DNA of 64,000 nt from NCBI GenBank assembly GCA_964276515.1, contig OZ193909.1, positions 18,414,001 through 18,478,000 of the forward strand, given 5' to 3'. Under the pieces are notes generated by a model, which was not told the DNA's origin, ran no database searches, and was given only the letters and a program-made list of their open reading frames with translations. Source of the stretch: Gordius albopunctatus (Eukaryota). Below, one piece after another: positions 37,701 to 47,767 of this stretch (position 1 is the first letter of the stretch; every line of letters starts with the position of its first letter). The position numbers were made by a program, and so were the translations under genes.

Positions 37701-40700
37701 AAAATAGTTTTTGGTTATTATTTAAAAAAAAATAAGATTTTTTTTATATAAAAATTTAATTAATTGTTAAACATGTATATTACTCGATGACGCCATCTAG
37801 AGACCTGCACGGCCCGTCCCAGCCCGCGGGCCGGGTATGGGCGGGCTTTGGACTTAAAAAAAACAATGGGCCGGGCTTGGGCGGGCCGACAAATCAAGCG
37901 GGCCGGGCCTAGATTTAGCTAGGCCCGTTAAAAGCTCGTTGCAAAGCTAAAACCCTTGTAAGATACTTCAAGCAAAGTGGTTTGAATAAAAATATAACAC
38001 GTTGTCTATATCAAGATGTGGTTGTTAGGTGGAATTCCAAATTAAATCTTCTGGAAAGTGTTTATAATATGATAGATGAGGTTGAAGCGATTTTAACAAA
38101 AAGAAATGAAACATTTGTGCTAGTTAACATAACCAGCCAGACCTTTGCTCAAATCAACTATTGAAATATTACAACAGCCCTTCAAAGAAGCTAGCACACA
38201 ATTTGAGGCAGACTTGAAATCCACTTTGCCTTACGTGTTTCTGTGGAAAGTGAGATTAATAAATATGATGGAAAATCACGGATTTTCTGATGATCCAATT
38301 AAAAGGATTAAAAATAAACTTAAGGAGCTAATTAAAGAAAAGTACACCATCCATTCCCTGCACAAAATGGCAACTGTGCTTCACCCTAAATTTAAAAACA
38401 TGGTAATGGCTACTCCTCAAGAGAGAAATGAAACCTATGAAGAAATTAAAAATCTTATAGAACGGGACGATTTTATACAATCAGTTAATCCTAGTCCTAC
38501 CAGGGATTGATTGTCAACCTGACAGTAGTGTATCTGAAGGTAAGATTTCTCAGTTGTTTTATGACAACCTATATTCTTCTAGCCAATAAAGCAAAATATG
38601 TATTTTCGGAATGGGAAGACCATGATATTCAGCCTTCAGCAACCAATGAACTCCACCAATATCTTGGGGAATGTGTGAATCCTGAAGGCTTCGATCTTAT
38701 AAAATGGTGGAAAGGCAAAGAAGCTAAGTAAATAAAGTAAAATCAATATAACCTTTAATTAGGTACCCAAAATTATCTCATTTGGCATTTATGGTTTTAT
38801 GTATCCCCGCTAGAAGTGCCACAAGTGAACGAAATTTCTCAACGGCTGGTCGCTTATTAGAATAGAGAAGAACCCGATTAAGACCGGAAATAATTAACGA
38901 TTTATTGTTTTTACATGATTATTATTGATGTTTTTAACATATATTACTGAATATTGAATTAACTTTTTAATAAAAAAATAACAATCGTTTAAAAATTTGC
39001 AAAAAAATATTTTCTACGGGCCCGGGCCGGGCCTGGGTTTTGCAAAAAATGTTTAGGGTCGGGCCCGGGCCAAATTTTTCTTTTTTCAGCGGGCCAGGGC
39101 CGGGCCCGGGCCTAGAAATTTTTGAAGCGGGCGGGCCGACCAAATAAAAGCCGGGCCGTGCAGGTCTCTAACGCCATCTATATGTTTATTTTCGGAATCA
39201 ACCTCAGGTTAAGATTCGGGTGTTCAAAAACCTTGCCAGGTTTTTGAACGCCCCAAACTGAACCCTCAGGTTGCCTGATCAAAACCTAGGTTTTGATCAT
39301 CACTAGTAGTGATAGCTATAGTTTATTTATAATGTTAGGCTAATTTTATTCGAGTGATCACGCACTTCGATTAAAGTTAATTCAATCAATCATGAAGCAT
39401 TTTAAATTGTATGGAGTATTCGATGCTAAAAACGATATTAAAAGATATGCATCAATTGACAAACCAAAGGTTTCTTTATCTTATTAAAGCTAGTGTAGTT
39501 GCTCTATTCTATACCTTACCTAGCATATTAAAATTCAGAAAAAGCCTAAAATCTCAGTAAATAGAAAACTCTTTTCCTTTTCATACGCTCAACTCATTGG
39601 TTTCAAATAGATCGTTTCAACCATGAATATTTCTTAATATTTTTCCACAAAAAGAGACTTTATACCGTAAAAATTGATCAAGCCACCGATACAATAAGAC
39701 ATAATTTGGCTAAAATTCCAACAAGCCATCTCTGTTTAGTAAATTTTTCATTTATGATGTCTATGCACATAGCCGGTGCTAAGGGTGGTGGAACTCAGGG
39801 TCGAGAAACCAAGACAAAAGCCCTTACTCCCGCACACAAAAAAGCTGGTTTTGGTGCTGATAAAAAAAATACAAACTCTAAATCTTCGAACAACAGCACT
39901 CAAAACGACGAAATGACTGACCCTTTGCCAATTTCCGAAATAACCTCCATGCTAGACCAAAGGAATCTTGGCTTGGATGAATTTAGCGTAGGGGATGAAT
40001 GGAGAAAAGAGAAGGTTATAGCTGAAATTGCGGAAATTATACACAGGTCAGACTGATTTGAGCTTAAGGTTTTTGTTTTTTCCCAGTATACATATTAATC
40101 ACATGTAGGAAGCTTTATTTGTTTATGTTATTACTGGAAAATTTGACTGAAATTGCCTAAATTATAGACAGGTCAGCTTTCTTTAATATTTATCATATGT
40201 TGGTTATAAATATTTTAAGAGATAGGATTATGAATTGAATATGAAAGGAATTTATACATAAGAATTAACGAAACTAAATTTATAGGAAAGGAATATGATA
40301 ATTATAGATAACGATTAGGATTGGATTATACATAGCACACAAAAGAACAACAATGGTTGTGTGTGTTAAAACATGATTTTTACCAACTCGGCTTTGGCTT
40401 ACAATATTAAAACACATAATTATAGCAATAAAATAATCTGTAGATAATAAATGATGTGAAAATAAAAGTTATACTAAATTAAACTATTCATATTTCATGT
40501 ATTCACATTAGGTTCTCGTTTTTTATTCATAACTATTCATTATTTGTTTGTGTTATTGCTCGGGAAAATGTGAAGGCCTTTGCAGCAAATGTACGTGGAA
40601 GAGTGTAAGAAGTCGTACATGGCCTCCCTGTCGTGTAAACGCAACGAAAACAAGCAAGAATTCGAAAAGACTCAAGATGCCATCAACGCCTTGTACCAGC

Positions 40701-43700
40701 GATTATTGACGTTTCAGAAGGGCTTAAATTTATTTAAAGACGGTTAGCACCATTATATCCATGTAGATTTATTATGCAAGAGACTGGAGAATCATGGGCG
40801 TCGCCAGCATTGGAATTATAGGGGGGGGGCAAATAAAACATTTTTTCAAATTTTAACCATAATTTTAATGAATGCTAACAAAATTTTGGGTTTAGAGGGG
40901 GGCAGCCGTCCCTCCATGCCCCCCCCCCCTTTGGCTACGTCCATGTGGGGAATAGTTCACTATTACACTAAAATTTATAAAGTACCATAGACCACCATTA
41001 TGGGCGAATTTTTAAATATGCGCACTTGCGCAGCGAAACCATGCAGAAGTTATTGAAGAAAGAGCGATGATATGAAAAGATTTTGTTTTTTCACACCAAA
41101 GTTAATAGCGTTCAGTATGCTAATATATGTCTCAAACATGGCGGACTACACTCTTACTTAAAATTGATCAGCTGTTCGCTCAGCTATTGTATTATTAGCC
41201 TATAAATTATACATTATGTTGATATTTTTAAACTGGGGTCTATTAGATCCCAGACCTTTAGATTTCTTACATCTATTATTCGATATCTACACTTTGTTAT
41301 TATAATTAATATTTTTGTCAAAGGAAATTATATATACCTCCTTAATTTGACTTGAGTTTGGCTTAAAAGAAATTGAGCTCAGCTAAGTTTTATAATATCT
41401 AAACTTGCGTCTAATAAGAAGCACGACCCGAAGGCAGGCCTTTTATCAGTTATTTACTAACAAGCGCCCGTTTTTAGATCCATATTTCATATCGTTGCAA
41501 TTTTAAAATATTGTTGTGATTGCCAAATCACATCGTACCTAAACAAAACTTATGTTCTTATTTGGAAATATGTTGAAGTCTCTATTTGAAGTCATAGTGA
41601 AAACTTTGTTTGATTTGTACCCGTAGAAAAAGTGAGAGAAGACCTTACGAAATATTTAATGAGAACTTTGGGAGTGGAACTTTTTGCGTTGATAGTGAAT
41701 CTGCAGCACATGCAAAACCAAGATGATACTCGTAATGCCGTCACCTCCCAGAGCCTCGCTACGCAAGACGTAATTTTTCCATAGTTGAAACTTACGTTTT
41801 TTACACCAAATATTTTAACTTTTTTTTTTAAACTGGTTGATTTATGTATGAATTATTTTGTTTAGTTTAGTATAACCGAATAGATATAATTAAGTAATGC
41901 TCGCATGGGCATAGGTTAGAATTTGAAATACGGGGGGGGGGGCAATATGATCATTTTTTTGAAATTTTAGCCATGTAATTATATTAAAATTTAAGGATTT
42001 CGAGGGAGCAGCCACCCCTCCCTATCACCCCTGGCCTACACCCATGAATGCTCGTCTACTGAGACTAAAGATCACGTGGTGTTTCTCATTAAATTAATGT
42101 CGTTTTTATATTTTCCTGCTTCCTAAATTTTCATTTAGCACCGCTATTAAAATAAGTTTGCAACATACGAACCAAAACTGTTTAAAATCGGTTTAAGCAA
42201 ATGGCGTGAGTGTACAAATACCTTAAATTTTCTCGTTATAAAAATATTTGCCTTTTTCAATCATTTTATATATGTTTTAGGGGAGAAAAATTGCCATATC
42301 AAAATTCCAAGAGAATTTAAAATCATACATGTCAAATCTCAACACCCTCTTATCCCACAACGTAAGCTCATACCATAAATTGCATAATATTAGCATTTTT
42401 GTTGCCGTCTATTTAATCTTAACGTCCATTTGTATAAAGGACGTCTCCGAATTTTTGAACGAAATAACTTCGGGTTCTCAAACGGGCATTATCAACGTTT
42501 TGATCAAGAAATACGATAAGAAGAAAGAAAAGTAATTAAGTGTAGTTTAGTGCTGTAAAAACGACTGGACTTTGTTTGGTCGATCTCTAAGCTTAGTCGA
42601 AATTTGAAAAACAGACCAAAGTCTAGGCACTAGTGTAGTTGTTATATCACTGTTTGGAAATGAAATGTGTATCACTGAAACCTTTTTAATAGGGATCCTT
42701 TTCTTTATTTTTTAACTTTGGAATGAAATCACGTTAAAACTTTCACAACTATTTTCTACTTTAAAAACTTTATGTTATATTCAGTTAATAAGGTGTGGCT
42801 AATAAACGAATGCTAAGCTTAGCATCTATAAATCTCAAAATGACTTATGTATGAACCGAAAAAGTTACATTTTTTTGGATTGATGAAAGGGTTGTCATAC
42901 AAAATTTCCGTCGCGAGCTGGTGGAAAAAATCGAGGACTTAACGACTTCAGATGAAGATACTCCACACGGGTTAAGGGTTCTAGAGAGCATGGCCCTGCA
43001 ATTTCATTCTCTGGTAACTCTCTTATTTTTGGACCAAACAAAATGGGCCCTCCACGCCTCTGGTAAATTTGTTCCCAACATAGTTGACTATCTAATTGCT
43101 CATCCAAGCACCTCTGCTGCCGACACCATTCCACAACACGTACCCCTGAAAGACACTTTACTACAATGTCAAAGTTTGAATCCTTAAATGATCCTTTTAT
43201 TTTTTTGGAGGGGGGATTTATAATGGATGTTGTTGCAGTGTTAAATTTACGGCTTTAGCTGAATTTTGCTTGAGACCATTATTTGCTCTATCAAAAATTG
43301 ACCGTGTGAACTATGGAAAAGGTAAATTTGTTTTAGTTATACCCGCAGGGATATGATGTGCCTTCTCTAATTGATCGAAAGCTTAGAGGATCCATGTTTG
43401 TAGGGAGTGAAATTGGTATTAAATCATTGACATCGTCCTAACTGTAATTGTCACTAGTTTAAAGCTGCTTGAAGGCCAAATGTTTGCTAGCTAGTAGGTT
43501 TCTGGTTTTTAGAGACTTTTAGAGTTTTAGGTGCCTTATAAAATAGATCAGGTCACTCTGTTCTTTATCAACATTAATCGAAATCAAGGGCTCGATAATA
43601 ATGAATGTTAAACCTATTAAGCTTACCCCTGATTTTATGAATGTTTATCGGTGCTTATATAGTTAATTTATTCAATCTTTTATACAATTAATTAATCAAG

Positions 43701-44213
43701 ACTATAATTTAAGATCCATCCTTCAATAAGGGGGTCATTAATGTTTCGCGTGGACATTGCAAATTAAGTTTGAAAACACCGTCCAGCATTTAAATAACGT
43801 GAAGGGGAACAGGCAATGAATCGAAAAATGTGTTAATCAGCCCACTACATAATAACTTTTAGAATTAAAAGAATCAGCGCGGGATTAAATAATGCCTTTT
43901 TTGTTGTTTTTAATTCGTTGTGGTATATTTGATTGTTTGGATAAAGTATTGGTGATGCGTGTAATAGTCAATTGATTCTTTATAACATTTATTTTATCTA
44001 AATTTATTTTTAGAATTGATAATTGAACTTTACGGCAATCAACATGCCGGCGGCGAAACCCATTTGCCCAATGGTGAGAATGAAGAGATTTTAGAAAAAA
44101 GTGCAAAACAAAAGTTATTAGCCGAAAAATTAGACGCATTGCAAGGTTTTTGTATGACGAGCGGTACTGTAATCAAATCTATTTCTAACGATGTCACAAA
44201 TCAGGCGGATTAG
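31781..44213 (+). CDS. UFL1: E3 UFM1-protein ligase 1
   Basis: 17 phase-consistent exons: 31781-31854, 31894-32039, 32075-32201, 32237-32351, 32727-32857, 32981-33039, 33095-33253, 33853-34040, 35409-35681, 36939-37089, 39773-40046, 40576-40742, 41627-41769, 42281-42361, 42440-42531, 42890-43173, 44014-44213. Conserved motifs: MSNWSEV..RLSDNNCIEILEKL..YTTDGKEFVTP..GGRINIVDL, KRDDRRKKA, GGGTQGRETKTK, DKKKEK and LHASGKFVP. An alternative in-frame ATG lies at 31772. Confidence 0.93.
34570..35030 (-). mobile_element. Degenerate RTE LINE 3' end in UFL1 intron 8
   Basis: The minus strand reads MEGRR.. and DMAVTRSRWRELIK, similar to the RTE end at 25580-25620. Confidence 0.45.
34726..34902. mobile_element. 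hAT-type MITE
   Basis: Termini CATAGGAGTA..TATGCCAATG. Perfect 8-bp TSD CTCCGTGT at 34718-34725 and 34903-34910. Confidence 0.75.
37387..39305. mobile_element. Non-autonomous hAT element (AACCT-repeat family) in UFL1 intron 10
   Basis: 22-bp perfect TIR TAGTGATGATCAAAACCTAGGT. Perfect TSD GTAGTGAT at 37379-37386 and 39306-39313. Confidence 0.92.
37798..39170 (+). mobile_element. Internally deleted hAT transposon with transposase C-terminal half
   Basis: 19-bp perfect TIR TAGAGACCTGCACGGCCCG. TSD ACGCCATC at 37790-37797 and 39171-39178. Motifs QDVVVRWNS, ATVLHPKFK and WWK..YPKLSHLA..LCIPARSATSERNFS. Confidence 0.95.
40793..40945. mobile_element. CATG-ended hAT-type MITE
   Basis: TIRs CATGGGCGTCGCCA / TGGCTACGTCCATG. 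TSD TGGAGAAT/TGGGGAAT. Confidence 0.8.
41904..42046. mobile_element. CATG-ended hAT-type MITE
   Basis: TIRs CATGGGCATAGG / CCTACACCCATG. Perfect TSD AATGCTCG at 41896-41903 and 42047-42054. Confidence 0.85.
42548..42632. mobile_element. 85-bp TAGTG-ended MITE
   Basis: Termini TAGTGC..GCACTA. Perfect 8-bp TSD GTGTAGTT at 42540-42547 and 42633-42640. Confidence 0.8.
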
Positions 44214-45298
44214 TGTCAATCAAATATTTAAAATTTATTACCTATGTCCGTTGGATATGATTGATGAAATTTATGTTGTTTTCAATTCACAATATTTATG
44301 GGCAATAAATATTTATTTTGATGGACAGCTTATTTATGAACTTTTAGCTTTTGTGATGAAACGAATTTAATTGGACAATTCAAATTTTTAAAATAAATTG
44401 TTTTACCTACAATTTTTTTATGGTTAAAAGGTTTGTTTTTACGAAAACAAAGTTCATACATAAGCGTAATACAAAAATAAAGACATATTAATCAAATACA
44501 AAGATCTATATCAATATTTTCTAAAATTAGGCCATGAGTCGTCAAAGGATTTAAGGTTGTATAAGAAGTTTGATATTATTGCATTTTAGGAGAAGCTTAT
44601 AAATTTGTTTTTGAAAGAATATGAAATTTTTTTCTCACAAAGATGAGATATTGATAATTCAAATAACAAGAACAGTTTTTTAACTTGATTAAAAATTAGA
44701 AATACATCATGAATAACGACTTAATCAAAAGAAATATTTTTGCCAACTTATTACATAGGAAAGTGGTTAAAGTCAGTCAACATCTCCCATTCTGCTCCTA
44801 TCTACCCACACTATTAACCGCCTCTTTACTCAAAAAGATATTTAGGAAGGTGTTTCGCTAAATATGTATCAAATTTTTGCAACATACGAATATCATGACC
44901 CAATTAATGAATTTGTGAGACAACAAAGGCTGGGTATTTATCCACCCCACACTTAAAACTCTACTTTTATGAATTTTAATGTCCTAATCTTAACCTATTT
45001 ACACAATTGACAAACAACAATAAAATATCTTCAATTTATGAAAAAAATAATTAAAAAAATCTCCGATCTAGAAAATATTTTGTAATATATTTACTTAAAA
45101 GTACAAATCAAACTATTATAAAAAATTTATTGGTGCCCTTTTATTATTAGATTTTAGGATATAATATAAATTCTTCTAAAACTTTCTAGTTTCTATAGTA
45201 AAAATATTTTAGGCCAAAAAAGGGTATATGTGATCCAATCGCATCAGTTCTCACTTTCCTAGTGGAAAAGATTAATTTCTATAACATACGTTATAGCA

Positions 45299-46238
45299 AT
45301 GAAATCCAAAACGCTTTTAGATGATCTTATATTTAATAATAATCCCGATAATGTGGCAAAAGCTCATATTAGCATCAGGATGGGTATACTATTTGTTTAT
45401 CTATTTTAATAACAAATTTTAGGATTTTTACGGAAAGTTTATGGGATCTTGGCTTGCCAATTTTCTTTAACCTTTATTGTGGGCTTGCTGTTTTTTGTTA
45501 TTCCACATTCTAGGGAATATGTTATGGCCAAGTAATGGATATGTTTTTATTTTAAAATTTTTAGTCGCTGGCATTTGGATATATCACTTTTACTTGCCGT
45601 GATTTCTATGGTTGGTTTGTATTTCAAACGCAGAGATAGCCCAACTAATCTAATTTTGCTAGCACTATTTGTGAGTCAACATGAGTTAAATTTTGTATAC
45701 ATTTATTTATTTAGACTTTGTGTCAATCATATGTTATAGGAGCAATAAGTAACCTTAAAAATTAATTTCTATACCTTGCTTAGCTGTATTTTATCAAACC
45801 AGCACTATTATCAAGTCATTAGCTGTTACTATGGGAACTTTTGTTGGATTAAGCATGTATGCCATGCAAACTAAAAAAGATTTTAGCAAATGGGGCCAAA
45901 CGTAAGTGTTATAATTATATTCTCTTCAATAAAAATTAGTTTGCTAGCAGGGATGTGGGTGCTGATGATTGGTGGATTTATACAGGTTTTTAAATAAATA
46001 GTAAAATTTTATAACCCGTGTCCAGCTATTTTACCCAATTTCCGGGTTAGAATTTGGTTTATCCATAACAGGATCATTGATGTTTTGCATGTACATTGTT
46101 TATGACACTCAACTCTTGATGAAAAAACTGTCGGCTGAAGAGTATATTTTAGCAGCCATTAGTCTTTATATGGATGCTATTAATTTATTCCTTTACATAT
46201 TGAGATTACTTAGATCATCCGAGAGGAATAAAGATTAA
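45299..46238 (+). CDS. TMBIM4: Protein lifeguard 4 / Golgi anti-apoptotic protein (Bax inhibitor-1 family)
   Basis: Exons 45299-45383, 45423-45531, 45565-45670, 45715-45748, 45784-45901, 45940-45985, 46026-46238. Motifs IRMGFLRKVYGIL, PTNLILLALFT, QTKKDFS and YIVYDTQLLMKKLSAEEYILAAISLYMDAINLFLYILR. Confidence 0.93.
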
Positions 46239-46639
46239 TCATTTTTTAGCATTCCAAATTGCTTATTATAAATCTTTTGTAAACTAATGTTTTCTGTTTT
46301 AATATATATTACAAACAGCATTATTTAAATATGTTTTTATGCTGGTCTTCACAAAGTTATTGGTGACACCTTGCATATTGTCTTTTAAAGCCTAACATTA
46401 CATTTATGTAATTTGTTGTTTTTCCCTGTATTTCCAATATATTTTTAAGTAAACAAATAAATATTTATACAAGCTTGCATTAATTATTTAATCTTACATT
46501 GTTTATTTATAGTTCTTTGAAAAAATATTTGTACAAAAAATAAACTATAAAACATATTTATTCTAATAAGTTTCTATTAAGCGTTTAAGCTAGATCAATT
46601 GACAATTCATTTTGTTCCTTTTTTAATCATAATATTAAC

Positions 46640-47460
46640 TAGCTCTGTAAATGAACGCGTTCAAATTTAACGTTCGTTCAATTTTAAAAACCTTTTTTGG
46701 TTTTGTTTATTTGAAAATTAATGTAAATCCGAATTTTTAACAAAAAATCATTATATTTTTTAATCAGCTATTTTTCCTGTTTCCTATTACCGATTCCGAA
46801 ATACTTTTAACATACTATAACCTGCAAAAGAAGATAAGATTAAAGTTAGTTTGATATTATTAATTATAGTTTAATTTATAGGTTAATATGGACAATCATA
46901 ATATTATATCGTCGTCATCTTCAGATTCTGAATATTCAAAATCAGCAGATGAATTTATTTTTCACTCACCTATAAAGAATAAACTTTTAGTGTTATTGAA
47001 AAAAGGGATTGAAACCCCTAGAATTGATAATGAAAGAGCTGTCAATTCCGAGATATCATTTTTTGGCGAGGAAGTAGAGGGCGCATTGGAGGATGATATC
47101 TTGTCGCAATTTTTTGAAGCGAGGGACAAAACATTAAAAAAATTTTAAATAAATTTCCTCCTTTAATAAATTTGTTTATTAAGTATAATACTCCAATCCC
47201 CTCATCTGCCCTGTGGAGCAGGTTTTTAGTATAGCTAATGCTGTATTAACTGCCAAGCGTTCCTGCTTATCAGAAGACAATTTTGAAAAACAATTATTAT
47301 TAAAAATAAATAAGAAAATAGATTATATTGATTTATAATTATATTGTCAAAATAAAACTATTATTTTTTATCGGCTATTTATTGTATTAAAAAATATAAG
47401 ACATTTATATTAAATTAAACTTTAAAAAAATTTATCATACAATTTTGAACGGTTCCTTCT
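46640..47460 (+). mobile_element. Decayed hAT element (transposase C-terminus)
   Basis: After ORF 46888-47148 the sequence reads LFIKYNTPIPSSA.VEQVFSIANAVLTAKRSCLSEDNFEKQLLLK. The left end has TGAACG/CGTTCA repeats. Boundaries are approximate. Confidence 0.7.
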
Positions 47461-47767
47461 CAATTATAAAAAAAACTTATCTTCTTACAATCCAAAATGT
47501 TATTTCAAGCCTGTAAAATAATTGTATAAATTAAAAAATTTGACAATTATTTACACAAAAGGTTACATATCTGACTAAAGCTTGATCTCAGACTAGCCAA
47601 ATTTATTTATTCAATCAAAAAATTTAATAAAATATTATCTTATTGTCAAAAGGTTCAAATCAATTATTTAATGATTCGGTCACATATAATAACACAAGGG
47701 ACAACGAGGTTATAGATAAACAATACAAAGGAGCGAAGCATGCGTTGCATATACATGTGTTCAAAGG

